64,000 nucleotides of DNA. Origin: an uncultured Brachyspira sp. GTDB taxonomy: Bacteria; Spirochaetota; JAAYUW01. How positions within the stretch are numbered: position 1 is the first letter of the stretch; each line of letters begins with the position of its first letter. The notes below the pieces were generated by a model. The model worked only from the letters and a program-made list of their open reading frames with translations. It was not told the origin of the DNA and did no database searches. The stretch covers positions 15,903 through 79,902 of the forward strand of contig CAZOPR010000008.1 of NCBI GenBank assembly GCA_964581895.1, given 5' to 3'. This document shows, one piece after another, positions 52,271-60,981 of the stretch. The translations under genes were made by a program, and so were the position numbers.

Positions 52271-53329
52271 ATGAAACGCAAAATACTTGTTTCTATCATG
52301 GTTGTTCTTATCATTGTCGCTTTTGCTATGACTTTCTCATGTCAGAAAAAAGCTGCAAAATCAAACATGATTGTAGCTATGGCAACTGACGTTGGTGGTC
52401 TTGGTGACAAATCTTTCAACGATGGTTCCTATAATGGACTTTTAAAAGCAAAGGAACAGTTCAATGTTGAAGTAAAAGTTGTTGAATCAAAACAGCAGAC
52501 AGACTATGTCCCAAATCTTTCAAACTTTGCTAAAGAAAAAGCAAAAGTTGTTTTTGCTGTTGGTTTTTTGATGGCAGATGCTATGGTTGAAGCTGCAAAA
52601 AACAATCCAGATACATTCTTTGCAGGAGTTGATATTTTTGTTGATCCAAATACTGCTCCTAAAAATGCTACTGGTATTCTTTTTAAGGAACATGAAGCTG
52701 GATATCTTGCTGGTATAGTTGCTGGTCTCTTAACAAGTAAATATTCAGATGCTCTTCCAAACCTTAATAAGAAAAATATGGTTGGTATGGTTCTTGGTAT
52801 GGATATTCCTCCAGTTGAAAGATATCAAGCTGGATTCTACGCTGGTGTTAAAGCTGTTAACCCAACATGTGAAGTTATATCCGTTGTAACAAATGTTTTC
52901 AATGACCCAGCAAAAGGTAAAGAAGCTGCTATAGCCCTTTATGATAAGGGTTGTGATATTGTCTTCCATATCGCTGGATTAACTGGAAATGGTGTTTTTG
53001 ATGCAGCAAAAGAAAAGAATGGCTATGCAATTGGTGTTGATGTTGACCAGAATTACTTAAATCCAGATGTTATTATTACTTCTGCTGAGAAAAAACTTAC
53101 TGAAGCTGTTTTCTTAACAGTTAAGTCAGTTATCGATGGTACTTTCCAGGGTGGTACAAATGTTACTTATGGTTTGAAAGAAGGTGGAGTTGGTATTTCT
53201 GATTTCCACAACTTTGCAGATAAGATCCCTCAAGAAATTAAAGATGCTATAGCTAAAGCTATCCAAGACATACTTAATGGAACAGTAGTAGTTCCAGCTA
53301 CAAGAGCTGAGGCTGGCTACAAGATGTAA
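52271..53329 (+). CDS. BMP-family (PnrA/TmpC-like) nucleoside-binding ABC lipoprotein
   Basis: Lipobox TFSC; TDVGGLGDKSFN, FKEHEAGYLAG, AIGVDVDQ, SAEK. Confidence 0.95.
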   Translation: MKRKILVSIMVVLIIVAFAMTFSCQKKAAKSNMIVAMATDVGGLGDKSFNDGSYNGLLKAKEQFNVEVKVVESKQQTDYVPNLSNFAKEKAKVVFAVGFLMADAMVEAAKNNPDTFFAGVDIFVDPNTAPKNATGILFKEHEAGYLAGIVAGLLTSKYSDALPNLNKKNMVGMVLGMDIPPVERYQAGFYAGVKAVNPTCEVISVVTNVFNDPAKGKEAAIALYDKGCDIVFHIAGLTGNGVFDAAKEKNGYAIGVDVDQNYLNPDVIITSAEKKLTEAVFLTVKSVIDGTFQGGTNVTYGLKEGGVGISDFHNFADKIPQEIKDAIAKAIQDILNGTVVVPATRAEAGYKM

Positions 53330-53375
53330 TCTTAACTTTTTTGTTTATTAGTTTTACTTATTAAACTTTGTTTAT

Positions 53376-53407
53376 AAGGCTGTCTCAATAAAGGGACAGC
53401 CTTTTTT
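53376..53407 (+). terminator. Rho-independent terminator
   Basis: AAGGCTGTCTC-AATAAA-GGGACAGCCTT followed by a T run. Confidence 0.85.
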
Positions 53408-53548
53408 ATTAATTTTGTTAAATTTAATTAAGTTAATTTTTTTATATAATCACTTTTCCGATAATTTAAATATATTTTGTTTACTTAATAAATTAAAAAG
53501 TTAAAATTGTATAGAAATAATTTTATAAAAATATCTTAAGGAAAAAAG

Positions 53549-54898
53549 ATGAAGTATTCAATGATTAAATTTGAATCACAATTCAATAAAGTACTATTGC
53601 TAATTGCATCAATAATTTTGTGCCTTGGTTCTTTAGATTTTTTAGTAAATTCTTTAATTCAAAAAACTGGAAATGAGTTAAATGCATTATATTATTTTCT
53701 TTCTGGTATAGTTTTACTGGGAATCCCAGGGATAGTCATCTTTAAAAAACCAGATAGTAAATTTTCAAAATATTTTTTACTTTTTGCTATTGCAATTGAG
53801 TTATTTTTATTTTCTTATTTTTCAAGGACTTCAAATTCAAGAAGTTATACTTTGATATATTTACTTCTAGCTTTTGCAAGTGTTTATCTTGATATAAATG
53901 TAATAATTTACACAACAGTTGTAGGATTTATTTTATCTTTAGCTCAAAATTATATAAACCCAAATCTAATACCAAAAGAAAATGCTCTTTCCAACTATGC
54001 GATGGTTTATTTTGCATATTTCGCAATTGCAGGATTATTATTTTATACAAATAGGATATCTCATAACTTTTTATTTCAGATAATAAAAGATGATGAAATT
54101 ACGACTCAAACCACAAATCAATTTAAAACTATTCTAAATACAATATCAAAAAATATAGATATTCTTTTATCTATTAAACAAAATATAGCAATAAATTCTG
54201 ATGACCTTTCAAAAAATTCAAAAGATGTTGCCGTTGCAGTAGAAGAAATCTCTTCAACTATGGAGCAGCTGACAAGCTCAACTATAAGCATAGCTAACAA
54301 TACCAAAATTACGATGGATGAGATGAATGAAACAGCTGAACTTTCTGCTAAAGGTATGAACTTTATGGAAGAATCGGCAAAATCATTTCAAACACTTGTT
54401 GATTCATCTTCACAGATTATGTATGCGATAAATCAGATTTTTGAAATTACTGAACAAACAACACTTTTAGCATTAAATGCAACTATAGAAGCAGCAAGGG
54501 CTGGTGAAGCAGGTAAAGGATTTTCAGTTGTTGCAAAGGAAATACAAAAACTTGCAGAAAAATCAACGACAGTTGCAAAAAATATTGAACAAATTCTTAC
54601 TTCTTCAAATCAATCTATAATAGATACCTATGAAAAATCTCAAAAGACATATGAAATTTTTACATCAATGAATAATAGAGTTAATAAAGTGGCAACCTTG
54701 TTCTCACAGATTAGTCAGGCAACAGAGGAAGAATCAAGATCTACACAGGATGTCATTAAATCATTGGATGAAATAACATCAAATATAGAGAAAACAGTTC
54801 AGATTTCAGAAGAGATTGCTCAATATTCAAAAGCATTAACAAATATAACTGATGATTTTAATGAAATAGAAAAGGAATTTAGAACAAAGATTAACTAA
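53549..54898 (+). CDS. Methyl-accepting chemotaxis protein with a ~6-TM sensor and short signalling domain
   Basis: [38 protein letters not shown]. Confidence 0.93.
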   Translation: MKYSMIKFESQFNKVLLLIASIILCLGSLDFLVNSLIQKTGNELNALYYFLSGIVLLGIPGIVIFKKPDSKFSKYFLLFAIAIELFLFSYFSRTSNSRSYTLIYLLLAFASVYLDINVIIYTTVVGFILSLAQNYINPNLIPKENALSNYAMVYFAYFAIAGLLFYTNRISHNFLFQIIKDDEITTQTTNQFKTILNTISKNIDILLSIKQNIAINSDDLSKNSKDVAVAVEEISSTMEQLTSSTISIANNTKITMDEMNETAELSAKGMNFMEESAKSFQTLVDSSSQIMYAINQIFEITEQTTLLALNATIEAARAGEAGKGFSVVAKEIQKLAEKSTTVAKNIEQILTSSNQSIIDTYEKSQKTYEIFTSMNNRVNKVATLFSQISQATEEESRSTQDVIKSLDEITSNIEKTVQISEEIAQYSKALTNITDDFNEIEKEFRTKIN

Positions 54899-54963
54899 AT
54901 TTATATTGATATTTTTCAAATATATGATAAATATTTTTTTACCTATAATTTGAGGAGAAACTG

Positions 54964-55155
54964 ATGGCAAGACGATGTGATATCTGTGGGAAAGGTGTTC
55001 AAACTGGTCATAATGATCCAAAATCACATAAAAGAACATTAAGAGTTTTTAGGCCAAATCTTCATAATATAAAAGGCTATTATAATGGTTTACTTGGCAA
55101 TTATAAAGTCTGTTCAAGATGCTTAAAGAGTAATAAAGTCATTAAAGTTGTTTAA
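54964..55155 (+). CDS. rpmB: 50S ribosomal protein L28
   Basis: MARRCDICGKG…FRPNL…VCSRCLKS. Confidence 0.96.
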   Translation: MARRCDICGKGVQTGHNDPKSHKRTLRVFRPNLHNIKGYYNGLLGNYKVCSRCLKSNKVIKVV

Positions 55156-55168
55156 TTAAATAGCTTTT

Positions 55169-55519
55169 TTAAACAAGTTCATTAATATCAATAATATATT
55201 TCTTCCATAGATTTTCTAACTGGTAATATTCTCTACTTTCAGGAACAAATAAGTGTACTATTACCAAATTAAAATCAAGTAGAAACCAACCGCTTTGTTC
55301 TGCTGCAGATCTATTTATCTGTCTTAGACCAAAAGGTTTTATCTTTTCTTCTATCTCTTTAACAATCGAAGTAATCTGATGAGCAGTAGCAACAGTTCCA
55401 ATGATAAAGTAATCCGCAATAGGAAGAACATGAGCAATATCTATTAAAACAATGTCTTCTACCTTTTTTTCATTTAAAATATCCACAATAATTTTTGCTA
55501 CTTCTTTTTCTTGTTGCAT
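55169..55519 (-). CDS. rsfS: Ribosome silencing factor RsfS/Iojap
   Basis: DYFIIGT, WFLLDF..VIVHLF…REYYQLENLW. Confidence 0.95.
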   Translation of the reverse strand: MQQEKEVAKIIVDILNEKKVEDIVLIDIAHVLPIADYFIIGTVATAHQITSIVKEIEEKIKPFGLRQINRSAAEQSGWFLLDFNLVIVHLFVPESREYYQLENLWKKYIIDINELV

Positions 55520-55562
55520 TTAAGAAACTCCTTTCGATAAAAAATAATAATAAAAATTTTGC

Positions 55563-56759
55563 TTAATAATCTAAAACAGAAATATTATAATCCTCTCCCA
55601 CTATTATTGTAACATCAACAGCCAATGATGGGTTAATCGAAGTTTCAACATTCTTTGTTCTAAGTATTGTTGCTATCTGTTGTGCTTTTTCAATATTTCC
55701 AATCCTATCTATAATTCTTGTTACTTTACTTGAATAATTGGAATTTCCATAATATATAACATTTATGCCATATTGGATTAATTTATCTCTAATAATTTTT
55801 GCTAAGCCTTTTTGTGGAGAAGCATTTAATATCTCAACTGAGATAGTTCTATCATAGTTGGTTTTTTCTTCCAATAAAAAGGATTTAATTTTTTTAATAA
55901 GATATTGTGCGTAACTTTCACCAGAGACATTCAATGGTACAAGATAAGAAATATTATCTATTTTTAAAGGTTTGGTTGGCAAAACATCATAATAAAATTT
56001 TTCAGTACTTATATTTTGAATTTGCGAAGATAAATATTGAAAATCAAGAAGAGTAAGATCAGTTTTAACTTTACTATAGATAATCCTTATTGTATTTGGG
56101 ATTTTTTTCATCTTCAATATTTTATCTTTCTGTTCTAATAATTTAAGTATAAAATTTATCTGTCGTTTTATCCTTCCAATATCTCCCTCTTCATCACTAC
56201 GATATCTAATGTATTCAAGAGCCTTTTCACCATCTAAGGTTTGGAGACCTTTTGATAGATTAATTCTTAGATTTTGAGCATTATCAGTATATTTCATTTC
56301 TTTATCAATATAAATCTGTATACCACCAACAAGATCAACTATTTTAGAAACAGCTTCATAAGAGACAATACAATAATTGTTGATTTTAATCCCTAAAAGT
56401 GTTTCTACTAAACTTCTAAGGGCAAAAATATCTCTTTTGGAATATACATGATTTATTTTATCATATATTAATTGCCCCTGATACTGGAATCTGACTCTTA
56501 AATCTCTTGGAATATTATATAAAAAGATTTTACCAGTTTTTGGACTATACATAACAACAAAGATAGAATCGGTCCTTTGAATTGATGAACTATTATCTAG
56601 ACCAACTATTAAAAAAGTTAAAATATCCTGATTATTTTTTTCTATAGAGTTTATTGTCGGTGCATTCATATAAAAATTGGTAACTTTAATAAAGATAAAT
56701 ATTATCAAGATAAGAATAATAAGTAATATCAAATAAAAAATTGATCTTGGTAGTTTCAT
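55563..56759 (-). CDS. LCP-family protein with C-terminal LytR_C domain
   Basis: RTDSI, IPRDL, KINHVY, LDGEKALEYIRYR..GDIGRIKRQ; VEILNAS. Confidence 0.93.
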   Translation of the reverse strand: MKLPRSIFYLILLIILILIIFIFIKVTNFYMNAPTINSIEKNNQDILTFLIVGLDNSSSIQRTDSIFVVMYSPKTGKIFLYNIPRDLRVRFQYQGQLIYDKINHVYSKRDIFALRSLVETLLGIKINNYCIVSYEAVSKIVDLVGGIQIYIDKEMKYTDNAQNLRINLSKGLQTLDGEKALEYIRYRSDEEGDIGRIKRQINFILKLLEQKDKILKMKKIPNTIRIIYSKVKTDLTLLDFQYLSSQIQNISTEKFYYDVLPTKPLKIDNISYLVPLNVSGESYAQYLIKKIKSFLLEEKTNYDRTISVEILNASPQKGLAKIIRDKLIQYGINVIYYGNSNYSSKVTRIIDRIGNIEKAQQIATILRTKNVETSINPSLAVDVTIIVGEDYNISVLDY

Positions 56760-57349
56760 TGATATAGACCTTTTTCAATTATATATTTATATACTGATTC
56801 TGACAGTAGATAGGAAAAAGTTTGCTGGTTTTCTATTAAATTTCTAATCTCAGAGGAAGATATATCTATCTGTTTATCAAGTATAAGATATTCATCTTTT
56901 CTTATCTTTATTTTTTCCATTTTTTTTTCAATATCATTTATGTAAGGGGATCTTTTAAAAATTATAAAGTTTACTATTGATTTAATAATTGCGAAATTTT
57001 TCCAATTTGCAAGATCATCAATCCAGTCAGAACCTACACATAAAAAACTATTACTTTTCTCAAGTTTATATTTATCTTTTAGATAAGATAAAGTTTCAAA
57101 TGTATAGGTTTTGCTATCTTTTTCAATCTCATATTTTTCAATACAAAGTAATGGATTATTTTTTATAAGTAGATTTAACATATTATATCTATCAAAACTT
57201 GCCGCAAAGTGATAAGATTTGTTTACTGATTTTGCTGATGGAACATAGATAATCTTATCGAGATTAAACTTTTCAATTGCATAACAGGGTAAAATCAAAT
57301 GCCCAAGATGTGGTGGATCAAAACTTCCGAAGTATATGCCTATTCTCAT
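56756..57349 (-). CDS. nadD: Nicotinate-nucleotide adenylyltransferase
   Basis: GSFDPPHLGH, YTFETL, GSD, ISSSEIR. Confidence 0.95.
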   Translation of the reverse strand: MRIGIYFGSFDPPHLGHLILPCYAIEKFNLDKIIYVPSAKSVNKSYHFAASFDRYNMLNLLIKNNPLLCIEKYEIEKDSKTYTFETLSYLKDKYKLEKSNSFLCVGSDWIDDLANWKNFAIIKSIVNFIIFKRSPYINDIEKKMEKIKIRKDEYLILDKQIDISSSEIRNLIENQQTFSYLLSESVYKYIIEKGLYQ

Positions 57350-57420
57350 TTATTTTATAGCTTTGTTTTCCTTAATAAAGAAAGTAAGTCAAAGATTGAA
57401 ACTGTCAATATTTCATTATT

Positions 57421-58446
57421 TCATTTTCTTTTACTGTCAGCCAAAATAGAAAGATTTCTTAAAATATCATCGAAACCTTCTTTTGAAAATGAAGAGAAAG
57501 GAAAAATTTTATCTATTATTATTTTTTTTTGATTATTTAATTCAATTTCGATAGGAATTGTATTAATAAAACTTAAAGATTTTTCTTTGACAGAAGGGAT
57601 ATCTATTTTAGATATAGAAATTAAAAATGGTTTATTGATCAAATTTATATCAAATTTTTCAAGTTCATTAAAAAGTGTTATTAATTGTTCTTTATATGGT
57701 AAACCTTCCCCATCTAAAATAAAAAAAAGACACAAGGTTCTTTCTATATGTTTTAAGAATCTTATCCCAAGACCTTTTCCAGTCGATGCTCCTTCGATTA
57801 TTCCAGGAATATCAGCAATTATATAATAACGAAGCCCATCATAACTAAATGTGCCAAGATTTGGATATAATGTTGTAAATGGATAAGGAGCAATTTTTGG
57901 ATGAGCATTTGTTGTTATTTTAAGAAAGGTGGATTTACCAGCATTTGGAAATCCAACAAGACCAATATCTGCGATTATCTTTAATGTTAAAAAATATTGC
58001 TTTTCTTCGCCTTTGGTTCCATTTGTGGCTTTTTTTGGTGTTTGATTAACAGGGGTAGCAAAATGTTGGTTCCCTTTCCCCCCTTTTCCACCTTTTGCAG
58101 CCAAAAAAGTCTGACCATCCTCTTTAAGATCTACTATAAATGTACCATTTTCATATAAAACAGTGCCACAAGGAACTTTTATATATATATCTTTACCTTT
58201 TTTCCCGCTCTGGTTTTTACCTCTGCCATTTTCACCATTTGGTGCTTTGAATTTGAAATTATATTTTAAGTGTCCAAAAGTAGAGATATTTTTAGATGCA
58301 ACAAAATATATTGAACCACCATCTCCACCATCTCCACCATCTGGTCCACCTTTCGGGACATATTTTTCCCTTCTAAAACTAACACAACCATTTCCACCAG
58401 AACCAGCAGTAAGATATAATTTTATTTCATCAAGGAAAAGGCTCAT
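57421..58446 (-). CDS. obgE: GTPase ObgE/CgtA (no C-terminal OCT domain)
   Basis: GGPDGGDGGDGG, GFPNAGKST, YPFTTLYP, DIPGIIEGA. Confidence 0.98.
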   Translation of the reverse strand: MSLFLDEIKLYLTAGSGGNGCVSFRREKYVPKGGPDGGDGGDGGSIYFVASKNISTFGHLKYNFKFKAPNGENGRGKNQSGKKGKDIYIKVPCGTVLYENGTFIVDLKEDGQTFLAAKGGKGGKGNQHFATPVNQTPKKATNGTKGEEKQYFLTLKIIADIGLVGFPNAGKSTFLKITTNAHPKIAPYPFTTLYPNLGTFSYDGLRYYIIADIPGIIEGASTGKGLGIRFLKHIERTLCLFFILDGEGLPYKEQLITLFNELEKFDINLINKPFLISISKIDIPSVKEKSLSFINTIPIEIELNNQKKIIIDKIFPFSSFSKEGFDDILRNLSILADSKRK

Positions 58447-58454
58447 TAATTTTA

Positions 58455-58715
58455 TTATTCTGGATAAACAGAAATTTGAGTTCTATCTGATTTAATTTTT
58501 GATCTTTCAAAAACAACTTTACCAGCAATTTTAGAGTAAAGAGTATCGTCTCTTCCTCTTTTAACATTTATTCCAGGATGATAAACAGTTCCTCTTTGCC
58601 TAACAAGAATTTCGCCAGCATTAACAATCTGACCAGAAAATCTTTTTACACCTAATCTTTGTGCATTGGAATCTTTACCATTTTTAGAAGATCCGCCACC
58701 TTTTTTATGTGCCAT
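58455..58715 (-). CDS. rpmA: 50S ribosomal protein L27 (short form, no N-terminal extension)
   Basis: [18 protein letters not shown]; GGAGG RBS. Confidence 0.99.
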   Translation of the reverse strand: MAHKKGGGSSKNGKDSNAQRLGVKRFSGQIVNAGEILVRQRGTVYHPGINVKRGRDDTLYSKIAGKVVFERSKIKSDRTQISVYPE

Positions 58716-59019
58716 TATTTTCCTCCAGGAATTCTAATTTAATATCTTTTGGATAATCTAGTGCTATTAATTCAAGAGAAAAAATTAAATATTCATATAA
58801 ATCATTACTAAATTCTTTTAATTTTTTAAGGTTAATCTTATAAATTTTTCCATCATCATTAGAAATATTTTTATCCTTAATAGTCAAAAAACTAGATAAT
58901 GATTGAATAAGATATGAAAGTGCAGCACAGGGAAGACTCAAACCCTTCTTACCAGAATGACCATAAATAAAAAGTTTGGTAAAAGAACTATCTTCCCTAT
59001 AGATTTGAATAACAATCAT
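58705..59019 (-). CDS. Prp/YsxB (DUF464)-family ribosomal-processing cysteine protease homologue
   Basis: Lies between rplU and rpmA; GHS…CAALS; C-terminal LELIALDYP. Confidence 0.8.
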   Translation of the reverse strand: MIVIQIYREDSSFTKLFIYGHSGKKGLSLPCAALSYLIQSLSSFLTIKDKNISNDDGKIYKINLKKLKEFSNDLYEYLIFSLELIALDYPKDIKLEFLEENNGT

Positions 59020-59045
59020 TAATTATTCAACCAATTAAAATAATA

Positions 59046-59363
59046 TTATGCTTCAATCTTTTCGACTTTAACAACAGAGTATTTTTGTCTATGACCTTTT
59101 AAGTTTCTATAACCTTTTCTTCTTTTATACTTAAAAGCATAGACTTTTTTATCTTTATAAAGTGGTTCTACAACTTTAAGATGAACTTTTGCAGAAGATA
59201 TAAAAGGCATACCAACTTTAACTTCACCATTGTCAGATCTTAAAAGAAGAATTTCATTTATAACAACTTCAGAATCTTTATCAAGATTTAAAAAATCTAC
59301 TCTATATTCTTTCCCTTCTTCAATCTGATACTGTTTACCTTTAATTTCACAAATAGTATACAT
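59046..59363 (-). CDS. rplU: 50S ribosomal protein L21
   Basis: GGAGG before ATG 59363; GKQYQI, KYKRRKGY…GHRQ. Confidence 0.97.
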   Translation of the reverse strand: MYTICEIKGKQYQIEEGKEYRVDFLNLDKDSEVVINEILLLRSDNGEVKVGMPFISSAKVHLKVVEPLYKDKKVYAFKYKRRKGYRNLKGHRQKYSVVKVEKIEA

Positions 59364-59457
59364 AGAATTAGCCTCCAGAGAAATGTTGACTAGTAAAGAC
59401 AAATTAAATGACAAATTAATTTTGTCAAGAATAAAAATTTTGTTTGCGTAGCAAATT

Positions 59458-59593
59458 TTGAAACTTTATAGTTGTCTTTTTAAACTTATCACTTATCATT
59501 TGAAATTATATAAATATTTATTGAAACTTTATACTTATCTTTTAATACATTAAACTTATCATTTAAAAATAGATTTATCTAAAAATAGATTTA
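59458..59593. repeat. Degenerate 63-bp tandem duplication plus a 13-bp direct repeat
   Basis: TTGAAACTTTATAsTTrTCTTTT…ACTTATCATTT at 59458 and 59521; AAAAATAGATTTA twice. Confidence 0.7.
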
Positions 59594-60118
59594 ATGAAAA
59601 AAAATGAAAGAAAAAATAAAATCAAAAATAAAAGTAAAAATAGAAGAAAAATAAAAATAGAAAAATATTGAAAATATTGAAGAAAAAAGTCCTACAAATA
59701 TTGCAAAAAAAAGATCTAAAAAATCATGCTCATCATTTAATATTTTATATATTACTACAAAAATAGATGTTATTAAAAAAAGATAAGATATGTTGTTGTT
59801 TAGGATTAATAATAAAAAAAATAAAGAAATATTTGAACTAAGATGACCTGAAGGCATAGAATAATGATTAGAAAAAAGTCTTTTCTTAAAATATTTTTCA
59901 TCTGGTCTTTTTTTTTTGAAAATATTTTTAATAGTTATTATAAGAAAAGCACAGATTAAAAGATTTAATAAAGTTATGAAAATAAAAAATCTATTATTAT
60001 AAAAAAGTAAAAAGCAGAAAACAATTAAAGATGGAAAACTAAGCAATATATTTAATATTTTAATGAGTGATGATTTTAAATAATTCACTGATTCTAACTT
60101 TTTTATTTTCTCTGTCAT
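59591..60118 (-). CDS. Small PAP2-family phosphatase (undecaprenyl-PP or lipid phosphatase-like)
   Basis: KxxxxxxRP, SMPSGH, HDFLD. Confidence 0.8.
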   Translation of the reverse strand: MTEKIKKLESVNYLKSSLIKILNILLSFPSLIVFCFLLFYNNRFFIFITLLNLLICAFLIITIKNIFKKKRPDEKYFKKRLFSNHYSMPSGHLSSNISLFFLLLILNNNISYLFLITSIFVVIYKILNDEHDFLDLFFAIFVGLFSSIFSIFFYFYFSSIFTFIFDFIFSFIFFH

Positions 60119-60734
60119 AACTCCAGTAGATCATAAGTGGTGCTGCAAATATATTTTTCTTTGGTACAAAACCCCATTCTCTTGAGTCATAAGAGTTATC
60201 TCTATTGTCACCCATAACAAAATAACAGTTTTCAGGAACTACTATAGGTCCAAAATTTGGTCTAACAATTGAGGGATTCTGCTCATAAATAGGATCGCTT
60301 ATATATTGTGTATATGGTTCTTCCAATTTTTGGCCATTTACATATACATCTTTTCCTATTATCTCAACTTTATCTTTAGGTAGTCCAATAACTCTTTTTA
60401 CATAGTATTCTTTCTCATTTAATGGAAACTTAAAAATAACTATGGATTGTCTTTTAATCGGCAAAATTCCAGGCATTTTAATAGATGTAAAAGGGATATA
60501 TCCACCATAAAGAAGTGGCATCCCTATAAGTTTAGTCCCTGTCATTATTGTAGGTTCCATAGATGGCGTTGGGACGACATAACCAGCTATAATTAACGGT
60601 CTTATAACAAAGAAAAATAAGATTGTTATAACAATAAGGTCTCTTAAAAGAAGTGAAACTTTTTCAAATTGAGTCATTTCATCGGCATCTTTTTTTATTT
60701 TACCAAAAATTAATTTCCAAAAATCATTATTCAT
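60060..60734 (-). CDS. lepB: Signal peptidase I (start at ATG 60734 or GTG 60758)
   Basis: PTPSMEPT, YVKRVIGLP, YFVMGDNRDNSYDSREWG. Confidence 0.96.
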   Translation of the reverse strand: MNNDFWKLIFGKIKKDADEMTQFEKVSLLLRDLIVITILFFFVIRPLIIAGYVVPTPSMEPTIMTGTKLIGMPLLYGGYIPFTSIKMPGILPIKRQSIVIFKFPLNEKEYYVKRVIGLPKDKVEIIGKDVYVNGQKLEEPYTQYISDPIYEQNPSIVRPNFGPIVVPENCYFVMGDNRDNSYDSREWGFVPKKNIFAAPLMIYWSYDRENKKVRISELFKIITH

Positions 60735-60871
60735 AAAAATCCTTTTTAATTCCTTCACTTAAAATATACAAATAATAATCATTTTCAATATTTTTTTAAT
60801 TTCCAAGTCATATTATAATTTTGGCCTTTCTCGATTTAATTTCGAATTTTCATTAAAATTTTTTTTAAACT

Positions 60872-60924
60872 ATTTTTTTATAGTTTTTTTAAGAAAATTT
60901 TTCTTAAAAAAACTATAAAAAAAT
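60872..60924. repeat. Perfect 26-bp inverted repeat with a 1-nt spacer
   Basis: ATTTTTTTATAGTTTTTTTAAGAAAA-T-TTTTCTTAAAAAAACTATAAAAAAAT. Confidence 0.9.
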
Positions 60925-60951
60925 TGAAATATAAATATTATATAGTATAAT
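60924..60951 (+). promoter_or_regulatory. Sigma70 promoter of the hydrolase gene
   Basis: TTGAAA-16 nt-TATAAT. Confidence 0.65.
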
Positions 60952-60981
60952 AGAAATAGTATGAAGAAAGGAGAAAAAGTC

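Noticed and set aside
59458-59593. Possible CRISPR array
   Set aside because: Only two degenerate units, no unique spacers, no cas genes
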